DNA of 32,000 nucleotides from an uncultured bacterium (GTDB lineage Bacteria; Patescibacteriota; Gracilibacteria; UBA1369; PNNO01), in contig OY969931.1 in NCBI GenBank assembly GCA_963704705.1, positions 1,342,546 to 1,374,545 on the forward strand, in the 5' to 3' direction. Both the position numbers and the translations under genes were made by a program. The notes beneath the pieces are model-generated. The model had not been told where the DNA came from and did no database searches. It saw nothing but the letters and a program-made list of their open reading frames with translations. Shown here piece by piece: positions 22,301-30,400 of the stretch; position 1 is the stretch's first letter, and each line of letters starts with the position of its first letter.

Positions 22301-23326
22301 ATTTGTGATATTGATGATACTGCATTGGTAGCTGATACCGATAGCGGCAACAGAGTTGCTGATCTGCAAATTCCTTATGCTGGCTGCGGTGAATATTTAA
22401 CTGCAAATGAAAATTATTTTTACAGAGTAAGATTTAAAGAATACGATCCTGCAAACAGTCCTTATTGGGGCTTATGGAGTCAGACAAACTGGTTTGAACT
22501 TGGCGAAGGCGGAACAATTGATTTGGCAAATTGCGGCTCAGCCGACCTCAATTATGATACTCAGACAGGTGGCAACTTCACAATTGGCAATACTTTAACT
22601 GATTCTACCAGTGGTGCTACAGGAACAATAATTGCAGATGTCGATAATGGAACCGATGGTACTTTAACTATTCATATCACCTCAGGCACCTTTAGCAGCG
22701 GTGATACAATTACCGATGGCACTGCCAGTGCAACAGTCTCAAATAATCCATCTTATAAATTAAATATAGGGCCTTATGATTCATCAACAGGAGATAATTT
22801 CTTCGCAGATTATTGTAATTTTAATACAGAAGCTACAGTAACCATGCACATCAAAGCAACTAAAGATGACTTGTTGTCTGACGAAAGCGACCCTTATAAT
22901 AAAATCAGGGATATGATTGATGAAGAAAGTGATAGTTTGCCTGATATGGACGGAACTACTGTTGGCGGAGTAATAACAAATGAAAGTGGTTTCTACTTAA
23001 GCAATGTTAATACTAGTGAATTCACGGTTGGTGAATTTAACATCTTTGGGGATAAATATACAGATTACTGGTCGAACTTACCTCCTAACTCGCCATCATC
23101 AAATACAGTTCTTACAAGTTCGGGAGGTTATTTAAATGAATCGTTCACGTTTAATTTAGGTGCATTTATCCATGGATTAATACCTCACCCAACAGATCCG
23201 ATTAATAATGATCCGGCAGGAACTGCATGTAATGGAAACCCACTCAATTTGATTTATAACAACTGCGTTTCTTTAAGCGGTAATTATTCAATGATTTTAA
23301 CCTTAACCGCTTCAACAACTCCTTAA
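13373..23326 (+). CDS. Giant secreted FTP/M4-M36-like zinc metalloprotease fused to a very long predicted beta-helix/repeat region and C-terminal Gly-rich and FN3-like modules
   Basis: 3317 aa; N-terminal TM (NIAIGSLIAAITIGPLIYFAAVAV); FTP/PepSY-like segment (WYVTFEQYKNALPVFDGNIKMIFTERKNLIAI); HExxH in YHEYTHFVVEEI (codons 15374-15388) and downstream glutamate in AAMGEGLADYFAAS (15452); DGTPHMLEILAAFENHGIG; then about 2,000 aa of S/T/N/G-rich beta-repeat sequence. Confidence 0.88.
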   Translation: MRTSNNWLEKRKNRERLLARTQNIAIGSLIAAITIGPLIYFAAVAVPIEIREARNVQLTEESAATPEIAIEIPATPEISLSEKPIKFPEPVKEIKKIENPKVEFKLSDLPKENQQKEIVSTGKSESAEAKFIDTLKTEFKDQEKDVQIKVTNKQVDGQNEKLVVMENLDIDDGPRQIRKTEDADTVARAALRKYLKTNPKEVDFDIYTDTSKLTNSKKTYQLVVSDIKTNNGKWYVTFEQYKNALPVFDGNIKMIFTERKNLIAITDNIRTDFPEIEDFSITNSEASGAIQDVFTQWDEGVDKIGFVNKGYYKNKPAFKIELESHNPLGNFEVLVDGSNGDIENVKGDIRLADETGYTTEELEGLRAGNPLPYNPVVDKVDPVLYDVGERKPEEENQVYPSVEELDQIKINAENTALQQELIANPVNPEAPQLELQRSEIFQKIIAPVYAEEKFQVPEQQITGPSIGVIQEFSATGDAAATPDVGATLEPDIVILDTIFSQVLGKIYPQTPDQEPIITPFANAYTFFSQKQNITDEGGYFENKDLDWYSVYLDGPYVTVYDDDASSDAEIKDRTPEDPFVWDENSASLAAINAFYHTNEMHKYFADKFNFDTNKKIPVTVNSELVDQYLNGCGAWFDNSDKSIEMGRGGTDTCPEDLNYALSSDFVYHEYTHFVVEEITHLPNITGAESAAMGEGLADYFAASANNDPVWGDVVAPNDTRNLKNTLNYNYDLNGESHHDGQIFAGALWDLRTLIGPIEADKLVFNTLYQDRLHFETFMYGMLIEDDDNNDFSDGTPHMLEILAAFENHGIGPGIANFDGLPVDPEAWTDLLGEEAPQGQEDSILNAISAGCEGYDDGTSIVIPDNVTCTFTGSGSRSIIYLAGGADLYIGDSSTYGILSTSGDTSIYGTTAISSLRIGWYSGVYGRLTVGDELFLINGGWLYSGYDGSNFANANTYLHVTGSTQIYKQSTSYTSSNFVSIYNDATSDNNLGVLYIGRSDTSTSFYGNQSYFYNGGSARTNVDYFRLDNGGYINNYTNFYVTTSNSDILNGSIMYNRSSAIFNNAGYTTYVWDDSLFDNDGTVNSNSFDFRDSAELNMDGGTINGTTAIFYNTSWLDLNAGTFNVTTATYNNSTNADVAGGDFSPTTANFYTTSYVNHYTGGSTHITSLNLYNSSFWNHYGGTTSIGNFNMNDTSYARANTSGQTLTATSFNLYDSAVLEKAYYSAASNGDGNISATNIWLQGTSSLDILRSTGSVTASGTITVDDDSQYYQSTGSTTASYFSVVGTTQTTQSGELYLTGGTLTVSTRLLINENGWVNQDGGTVDAVLGQLNSNAAIYDQDGGTADFDTLRMYLNSHYQNDSAVIIRVGGGNMTDTSVFENNYTAGGTATVTIPSGLTGQQSFLLDTSAHFYNRYGGSFTTDTSGSSNGDTIDVIDSSTFDNYGTLTTYNLRIGWNDVDKTQIGGFYHNLYTTYESKTNVHGDLIMYRGYMSNDAGSTTAYGVVVSGNVNMKGYWQGTICDNSDLENSGLFSVSGNITMTSSTLTPAYTCTEINNFANASTLHKFSAANITSTYDYSDITNAGDFYVTTGSINMTSTHAFFQNSSSGYVSVYDDFIIDSTGAYAVYLDNSGDFNVGISTTSSLQVAGNSYVDNNSGGTINVDDAATTSTTRGQFTIYQDGSLVNEGDVSANLFWVDSGGGTSVTGFENQNGGTITSTYSGSATYGMKCIYAICQHKNTATSLTVASGLLVQSDLSYITNFIVGAPANINNAYINWNSMVTINSNATLTASGQWQVLDDQNATIPDYDGQIVVTSGSTFNGGSSANVYLGGPANTGGEIDNSGSFYANNLTLYDSSLFTNQSTGDVGISNTLQLAYEFTPSAFIRSYENYGSTEATYLQVYGDNSIFNSDGTSAQIYINNDLDINGGKLTVASGSVGATIDGNAYIYYKNGSTTSGELYNFDNSFVVAGKMYVSGFVQNGNSLFGAAMEIRSNTGSEDLYVHRGVSADGYGKFLNSGATLTVGDASGGEIKVEGIQNISLPGSYYIALFQNSEGAIHRAGHVNTDEMYIKTAADLLNYTDLNVNNKLWTGEDESPKTVTNYATGDIDVIGDGDSWFYNNSTVTNSGTFDATGTSGIMKVMQTVQTTTLDNYGTLSTDKLWNGSSAEYYGGTTSNLTSGTITVNDSTSDTAQNYGGTIIQNSSGSIDISSGRFTTTSNSGSYVGTVTQNSGTGEIKLGELYITNYGYYEISGSNTDPGTHVYDTVSSGNLAISGTTSELYINGSQVYVDGASNIYANGTLTNNALRVSGSGGFVSDGLTTVYSGGLLNSDNDSTCLFNSGLTVQGEANILDDATIIGNLIIDLGGLVNFGFQSPVIPNVGAIYVSGYLYMYGSNTVLNNNSQFAVNTFGTFGSSTGTQTATFNNNGYTDVSNSSFAAFGNDINVQKTGIINSDGPLTTGDNMIVSSGGTVNLNDNAASPDDYCQTWIGNDGTGNLTINQDGTDIGKVTVNCTRTTSSAELTVFSNTYVYGELELNSGMLTQNMIIGEPSAAYTGSVYHKPIVDLIGDNAPDIVFLLTITHDLTINPEGEINVSALSYIKPSSTHPYAGVFGGKGQYSSATGITEYGTIETGSVNFGRAGEDADRDLGAGGGKAQVVVGNDAVVNGPINADGESVKPNFDVGGGTTYDCAGSGGSVFLTIGGALSGSGDITARGGDSTPDISGGTAVAMAGGGGRIYIEYYDKSAYTGKVKANGGAADRDTSSGGLNLYHAGTGTVFYKWTDPWANENDGTLVIDPDGSWADIDFSGTGTLIDATTLANLTDKYLDVESVQIEPYGSLHLPGTNCAGGTCSKLQQCLKATPASFFLDTLGEVLYNRDHGSGTIKSVCIATPDPPYKLFINDPGTGAQSAINAKEGDPIATLFSLVPKFSAIHFDGRFDSTGTYADASPHQATHYEIQIADTDATYPTSPQYLFDDNATHIICDIDDTALVADTDSGNRVADLQIPYAGCGEYLTANENYFYRVRFKEYDPANSPYWGLWSQTNWFELGEGGTIDLANCGSADLNYDTQTGGNFTIGNTLTDSTSGATGTIIADVDNGTDGTLTIHITSGTFSSGDTITDGTASATVSNNPSYKLNIGPYDSSTGDNFFADYCNFNTEATVTMHIKATKDDLLSDESDPYNKIRDMIDEESDSLPDMDGTTVGGVITNESGFYLSNVNTSEFTVGEFNIFGDKYTDYWSNLPPNSPSSNTVLTSSGGYLNESFTFNLGAFIHGLIPHPTDPINNDPAGTACNGNPLNLIYNNCVSLSGNYSMILTLTASTTP

Positions 23327-23333
23327 ATATATT

Positions 23334-26300
23334 ATGGTAAAAAAACAAACACAAAAATTCAGCCTAAATCTTACACTTCTAACAATGATATTAAGCATTG
23401 CACTATATGCAATTTTAATATTGATGCCGGGCGTGCAAGCTGTTGATGTGCCTGCGGATGCTGAAGTTGGCGACCCTGATTGCTTCTGGTCTAATGGGCC
23501 AGGCTCTGAACTTTATGTGCCTAGCGGAAAGACTTGTACGATCGACTTTGACATAACAGCAACGAATGTTGCTGGCTGGACCGACTATGCAGTAATAGTT
23601 TATTCAGGTGGTACTTTAGAAGTTGTCGGCAATGGTTCAGACACCAAGCTCGATATTGATGGTGATATATATATAATGGGAACAGTAAATATTGGTGACA
23701 CAAATTCATCAAGCGTTATAAATTTCAGAACAATTAACGGCGGAGATTTAACTCTTGGAAATAATGCCACTGCTTCAATGACAGTAAGAGATAACTCAGG
23801 GGCAGGAACAAATCGTGTGGCTGTTACCGGTACCACTTATGTTGGAGATAGTTCGCAACCCAACACTCCAACCTTAACAATAAACTCAACATACCCTTTA
23901 ACTTCTTTTGAAAAAATTGATATTTACGGGCACATGAATGTGAACGGAGGCACAACAACTGCCTCGGGAATTGAATTGATGGACCTGGATAGCAATTCTG
24001 CCGAACTAAACATTGCAACAGGGGCAATTGTAACTATCGATAGTTTCTTCTCCCCTCCGCCCGGCCATCCATTTAATGGGTATGATATTTCACTTGGCCT
24101 CGGAATGTGGGCACATGCAGGTACAACAACCGTAACAGTCAACGGTACTTTAAATGCGCCTACTTCTGGAGGCGATGTATCAGTGATAGTGGGATCAAAC
24201 ATAGGCGCAAGCCATGCTAAGCTGGTTGTCGGTTCAACCGGAACAGCTAATTTCCAGGAAACAAACACATTCGCAATCCCTGACACTCTTACCGGCCCAA
24301 CTAATGCATTGTGGATATTAAGCGATATGCCTTATGGGCTTGAAGTTCAGGGCGCAGTTAACTCTTATATGTTTATACGGAACAATGGTTACATACATAT
24401 AACCGGAGGCAGCGGCTGGGTTGGCGGGAACAACAGTTATCAACAGGCTTCAGCCTTAAAAGTGGGCGATGGTGATACTTTAAATATAACAGGTATGGCG
24501 GATATTGATGGTGATTCTGTAATTGATGGGACATTAAACGTGACCCGCTGTACAAAAATAACAAATGATGCAACATCAACTTTCAGTGTAGGCTCGACCG
24601 GAACATTCAATACAAACACTGCTGGCACAGGTTGTACGCTGGCAAATACCAGCTCAAATGACGGCTTGAATGTTCAGGGTACAGATACAGTATTAAATAT
24701 TGCGAACGGTTCTGGCGGAGCAGGTGACCAAACTGTATTTATTAATTATGGCGACTTTAGAGTTGATGACGGCGGGACAGTTGATGCAAACGGATATTAC
24801 ACTGTTGAAGACGACATGATTGTTGAAGGCGGTTCAAATGTTTCAATGCAGGATACCGATATAGGTGATAATTTTAAAGCGGATAATGTTCTTGTTAATC
24901 CGGATTCTGGTGGTGCTAGTTCGGCCTTATCTATTGAAGCTAGTTCGGCGTTTGATTTGGTAGTCGGGCAGGTTGATATTGGAACAACTGCAAGTGCCGG
25001 AACAGGAGGAATAACCGTTCATGGAACACTTAATGTGCCAACATCGTCAACTTATAATTTTAAAGTATCCGACACGGGCCAGCTGGTAATTGAAGCCGGC
25101 GGAAAAGTTAACGATGATGCTTCAAGCGGCCAATTCTTAATTGAAGGCGGGGTAGTGGTCGTACGAGGAGCTTCCGGTAATCCGGGACTGCTTTATATCG
25201 CTGATCAGGAACTTCAAATGAGTAATGGCTCGACAACGGCATCTTTAATCATAGGTGATGCAAGTAATGAATATGGTGTATTAAACAGCGAAGCAACTCC
25301 TGCTGCTGCTCCTGGATTTGATTTCCAGGATGGTGTTTTGGATATTCAATATCATAGCGAAGCGACTTTTAATGATACTGTTGAGCTGTTAACCGGAGAC
25401 GAGATGTATATCGGCGGATATCTTAGAGGAACCGATGGTGTAAAGATAAGCTGCGATTCTGCAACTGTTATCGAATGTGAAGTTGAAGATTCGGGTGAAA
25501 TTAAAGTTGAAGGGTCAGGAACACCAACTATTAATGTATTGGATGATCTAAATCTTGTTGGAAAATTAAATGGTAATGATGGCGCTGGCGATGTTTCTAT
25601 AACAAACAATTCTACTATCTCAAGCAGGTCAATTAATGGTGAAGATTCATATTTTTATATAATTGCAAATAATTTAACTATAGGAACCGGTTCTTCTATT
25701 GATGTTTCGGAATTTGCCAGATGTATCAGTCCGGGCGGAACTCCAACTTACGGAGGAAGTTTTGGTGGTGAAGGTATGGGCGGCAACACAGAAACTTTCG
25801 GGGAAGCAAAATATACAACACCACCAAATTATGCAACAAGTTCTCCAAATCCTATTGGAATGTGTGGTTATAATAGTTTTGGAGAAAATGCTGGATTTGG
25901 AGGCGGTGCGGTTTATATAGATGCTTATAATATTATTGATATTAGTGGTCCTATACTTGCAAATGGTGAGGATTTTCCTGGTAATGATGCCGGTTCAGGT
26001 TCCGGCGGACTAATAGTTATTAATCATAATATTACACATTCTGATACTTCCGCTGATTTTAAAGGAGCTGCAAACATTGAGGCGGATGGCGGGAATGGTT
26101 CAGGTACAAGCAACAGTTATGGTGGCGGCGGCGGAAGAATTGTGATTAATTCAATATTATTCGAACAACCTGATGACGATGAAACAGGGCCTCCTCACTA
26201 TGCATATGAAGGCGGCATTTATGCAAATGGCGGAGGAACAAGCGGTTATACAGGCGATTACGCTGCAGCTGGTACAATTGTATTCCTTGGTGACGACAAC

Positions 26301-27464
26301 AATCCAAACGGAACTTTGATCGTTGATCAGGGTAACAGGCCGCTCGGAACAAGCGCTAAGGAAACAAATATTACCGCAACCGGTGATTATGTCTTTGACA
26401 GAATTGAATCTAAGCAGGGTGCAAAACTCACTTTTGATACTGCTCCGGGAACTGATCCCGTTAGCTGTTTTGTGGATGACGGAACTTCTTCAGTTGATTT
26501 AAACGGCGGAACTTGTACGGCAAATGCTGACAAGCCGGATACTTTATATATAAACAATACTTACACTGGTGCTCAGTCAGGCGATGAACCTTGGTTCACT
26601 GTTCCTGTTACAGTTAGTGACGGAACTCCGGAATTCAGTTTCAAATTCAGAAACCCTGAAAATGGAGCCCAAGAAGGACAGTATGCATTAATTGAAGTTG
26701 ATGATAGTTCGGATTTCTCTTCTCCTTTATGGAGTGCGAGTGACTCAAACAATCCGGTGCCAATCGCTACTGTGGGCGAAAGCGCAAGAACAGAAGATAT
26801 AGGATACGGCGGGGCAGCGTTAACTGGCGGAACAACATATTATGTAAGAGCAGCATTCTCAAATTCTGATGGTTCTGTTAGAGGTCTTTGGACTCACCGC
26901 GACATGGGTAATTATTATCAATTTGATCTAAGTCCTTCATATATGGAAATTTCTAATGATTGTAGTGATGTTATTGCTGTTGATAATGTCGGAAATCCAT
27001 TGCAGTACAAACCTAACGGTATGTACGGAAGCGGAAGTTGTACGTTTACATTAACTTCAACTGATACTGCTTGGGACCTTTACTACAGCAAAATCAGTGA
27101 TGCTTCGATTCTTAATGACGGCACAGGTACTTATGTTTGGGCTGATATTGATAATGCTGGTGCTGATTGTACTGTTGATAATACCGGCAATACCGAAGAT
27201 GAAGAATATGGCTTTAACTTAACAAGTTTAACTGGATTTGGAAGCGCGATTGTTGAAACCGATGCTGAATGCAGCTCTCTATACACTTCTTCTGATGTAT
27301 TTGATATTGAAACACTAACCAATAAAAACAAAATTATTGAAGGCAATGGAACAACAATTTCAGGTGCAACACTTGATCTTGTAATTCACGCGAATGTTGA
27401 TCGATATACAGCTGCAGAAACATATGAACTCGACACTATTATGATACTTTCTGACACACCTTAA
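23334..27464 (+). CDS. Giant secreted beta-repeat protein (1376 aa) sharing C-terminal architecture with the upstream protein
   Basis: Signal peptide-like LNLTLLTMILSIALYAILILMPGVQAVD; repeats such as GGTLEVVGNGSDTKLDIDGDIYIMGTVNIGDTN; YGGGGGRIVINSILF; GTTYYVRAAFSNSDGSVRGLWTHRDMGNYYQF; ends ETYELDTIMILSDTP. Confidence 0.85.
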   Translation: MVKKQTQKFSLNLTLLTMILSIALYAILILMPGVQAVDVPADAEVGDPDCFWSNGPGSELYVPSGKTCTIDFDITATNVAGWTDYAVIVYSGGTLEVVGNGSDTKLDIDGDIYIMGTVNIGDTNSSSVINFRTINGGDLTLGNNATASMTVRDNSGAGTNRVAVTGTTYVGDSSQPNTPTLTINSTYPLTSFEKIDIYGHMNVNGGTTTASGIELMDLDSNSAELNIATGAIVTIDSFFSPPPGHPFNGYDISLGLGMWAHAGTTTVTVNGTLNAPTSGGDVSVIVGSNIGASHAKLVVGSTGTANFQETNTFAIPDTLTGPTNALWILSDMPYGLEVQGAVNSYMFIRNNGYIHITGGSGWVGGNNSYQQASALKVGDGDTLNITGMADIDGDSVIDGTLNVTRCTKITNDATSTFSVGSTGTFNTNTAGTGCTLANTSSNDGLNVQGTDTVLNIANGSGGAGDQTVFINYGDFRVDDGGTVDANGYYTVEDDMIVEGGSNVSMQDTDIGDNFKADNVLVNPDSGGASSALSIEASSAFDLVVGQVDIGTTASAGTGGITVHGTLNVPTSSTYNFKVSDTGQLVIEAGGKVNDDASSGQFLIEGGVVVVRGASGNPGLLYIADQELQMSNGSTTASLIIGDASNEYGVLNSEATPAAAPGFDFQDGVLDIQYHSEATFNDTVELLTGDEMYIGGYLRGTDGVKISCDSATVIECEVEDSGEIKVEGSGTPTINVLDDLNLVGKLNGNDGAGDVSITNNSTISSRSINGEDSYFYIIANNLTIGTGSSIDVSEFARCISPGGTPTYGGSFGGEGMGGNTETFGEAKYTTPPNYATSSPNPIGMCGYNSFGENAGFGGGAVYIDAYNIIDISGPILANGEDFPGNDAGSGSGGLIVINHNITHSDTSADFKGAANIEADGGNGSGTSNSYGGGGGRIVINSILFEQPDDDETGPPHYAYEGGIYANGGGTSGYTGDYAAAGTIVFLGDDNNPNGTLIVDQGNRPLGTSAKETNITATGDYVFDRIESKQGAKLTFDTAPGTDPVSCFVDDGTSSVDLNGGTCTANADKPDTLYINNTYTGAQSGDEPWFTVPVTVSDGTPEFSFKFRNPENGAQEGQYALIEVDDSSDFSSPLWSASDSNNPVPIATVGESARTEDIGYGGAALTGGTTYYVRAAFSNSDGSVRGLWTHRDMGNYYQFDLSPSYMEISNDCSDVIAVDNVGNPLQYKPNGMYGSGSCTFTLTSTDTAWDLYYSKISDASILNDGTGTYVWADIDNAGADCTVDNTGNTEDEEYGFNLTSLTGFGSAIVETDAECSSLYTSSDVFDIETLTNKNKIIEGNGTTISGATLDLVIHANVDRYTAAETYELDTIMILSDTP

Positions 27465-27470
27465 TATATT

Positions 27471-30400
27471 ATGAAAAAAACAAAAACTAACATCTTGGCG
27501 GCTATAATCGGAATTTTGCTCGGAAGCATCAGTATCTGGCTTATGCCTGGTGCTTTGGCGCAAGATTCTAGTGTGGCGCAGATTCAGGTTGAAGTAAAAA
27601 GCGGATGTAACTGGCAGGGAACTCCTTATGCATCTGATTTATGGGTACTCGATGATACTATTTGTATACTTACAGGCACTCATGATATCGGTGCAAACGA
27701 TGTGGTGGTTTATGAAGATGACGGTGGAGGCGGCCAGCTCGGAGGAATTTTGATTATTGGAAGTGATGGAGTTGATACAGACATCACGGTTGGCTCTACA
27801 CTTATAAATAATGGAACACTTGAAATTGGTGTAAGCGGAGATCCTGCAACTAATTCAAATTTGCAGGTTAACGGAACTTCAATAATTTCAGCAACCGGCA
27901 GTGATGGTAATTTGAATATTCTCGCAAACTCTGACACAAGCAGTACCTGCGGGCCTTCATTTACTGATCCTTGCGGTAATAATACTATCGAACTGGGTTC
28001 ATCTTTAACAATCGCTTCTTCTTCAACAGGAGGAACATTTACGAATAATGATGACTCAACAACAAGCACGATTGATTCAATATCAATTTACGGACCTACA
28101 CAATTAAATCACGGTCTGCTTGAAAACCTTGCAGGAACAATCACTGTGACAAATCAAATCGACATGTACGGCTATGGTGAAATCAATAATGACGGAATAC
28201 TCACGCTGGGAAATGTTGCATCTTACTGGAATAATTATGCAAGTGCAGATAACAGCGGTACCTTTAATTCACCAAATACAATCAATATATATAGCGGTTC
28301 AACTCTTACAAATACCGGTACTTGGAATGGCGGCACACTTTACTTTACCGGTTCAGGAACAAGTGAAAACAATTCCGGAACCATGAATTTATCTACATTA
28401 AATTTCATTTCAAGCGGAACATTCAACAATACTGGTACCGGCGATATTAACGTAACCGGTAATATAATATTAAATAGCGGCGGTACAATTAATAATAATG
28501 ATACCGGAACAGTAACTGTTGATGCAGGAACTTATATTTACAATGCATCCAGTGATATTAATAATAATAGTTCGTGGCAAACCGACCTATTGCAAATTGG
28601 CCTTTTGCCAACAGCGATCGGTGGTAGTTTTAACAATTACGGCTCACTTAGCTTCCCTTCCCCTTCTGTTACGTCAATGAACATTATCAATGGTGGTGAT
28701 CTTAATAATGAATCTACCGGAACTATCACTGTTCCAACAAATATTTATATGGAAGGTGCTTCAGGACAGATTTCAACAATTACAAATACCAATACAACCG
28801 ATACAGACGCAATTGACGTTACAGGACAGATTAATATGGATGCTTATTCTTTAATTAACAATTCGGGTAATTTATCAACAAGCGGAACAAATAATATTGA
28901 TATCCAGGACAATGGTGCGACTATAACAAATACAACAAATGGATATATCAATCTTAAGGGTTCAGCTCAGGAATTTAATTTTGATGTTGCGATCGATAAC
29001 GATGGAACAATCAACACTGTTTCTTCTGCATTAATTTTATCTGATACTGCTGATTTAAATAATACAACCAACGGTATTGTGGATATTAATGGTTCAGGCA
29101 AGGACTTAACCTTAAACAACTCCGCAAACATTGATAATGCGGGAGTATTTAATGTAATTGATGCGACTTATCTTAATGATACAAGTACTACAACCCAAAC
29201 AGCAGGAGACTTTAATACAGTCACGCTTTATCTAAATGACACAACTTCAGCCGAAGCCAACTTCACAATGTCAGCAGGAACTGTTGATGTTACAGGCTAC
29301 ACTTATGTGTACGACGGTGGGACCGTAAACAATAATGTTATTAACATTAATGGCGGAACTTTAAATACAGCAACATTAAGAATTGGTGAAATCGGATCTA
29401 CAAACGGCGGAATAATCAACGTCGACTTAACCGGAAGCCTAAGTGTAATTGGCGGAACTTACGACCACATTTACAAAGGAACGCTCGATATCAAATCAAC
29501 AAGTACCGCTACCACTCCTTTCACTTTTGATGACAGGATATATATAAATGGAGACGGTACTGAAAAAGGTATTATAAATCATAATGGTTCGGGAACCGTA
29601 CATGCATACTCCTGGTTATCCGTATATGAATACGGTGAAATAAATATTGATAATGGAATATGGAATCAACATAATTCCGATTTCAATGTGCTTTCAAATG
29701 CCGCAGGAGATATACATGGCGAATTAAATATCGGAACAAACGGAACACTTTACGATGTTAACATTTTATATGCAGGCAGATACGATTACGGGGTAAGTCA
29801 AAACAGGCCCGGCGGAAACATAGTCAACAACGGAAACATGACTGCACCTGGAGGAGGCGGCGATTTGATGTGGCTTAACTGGGGCGGAAGACTTGAAAAT
29901 TACGGAACAATTGATTTGGGTCCAACTGGTTATATCGAAATGGATACAAGAGAAACTTTCTGGACTGCAACTGGCAGATCAAATTATTTCCTAAACGATA
30001 CAGGCGCAAGCTTTACATCCAATAATTTCCTTATGTATGACAACAATGACGATCCCGGGAATTCACATGAACGGGATAATTTAGTTGATAATAACGGTTC
30101 AATTACAATTTATCATGAAATGTATCTAGGTAATTCGTCTTATGACGGAGGTATTATTAACAACAATAGCGACATACAAATTGCTTACAAATTATGGGTT
30201 TATAAAGGTGGTGTATTCAACAATAATCCTGATGCTACCGTAACCGGAATAACTTCGGGAACTCCTGATACCATGAATATATTGACTGTACGTGGAGCCG
30301 ACGCATTAGGCAACAAAGCAACTTATAACCAATTCGAAGGTACAGATTCCCCTACTCAGGCATATAAAACAGTAACCGACAATTTGTCGATAGGCTTTAC

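Noticed and set aside
14406-22406. Numerous 60-120 aa antisense or out-of-frame ORFs inside the giant genes
   Set aside because: Low-complexity translations (poly H/L/Q/S) produced by biased repeat codons; no start signals or recognisable domains.
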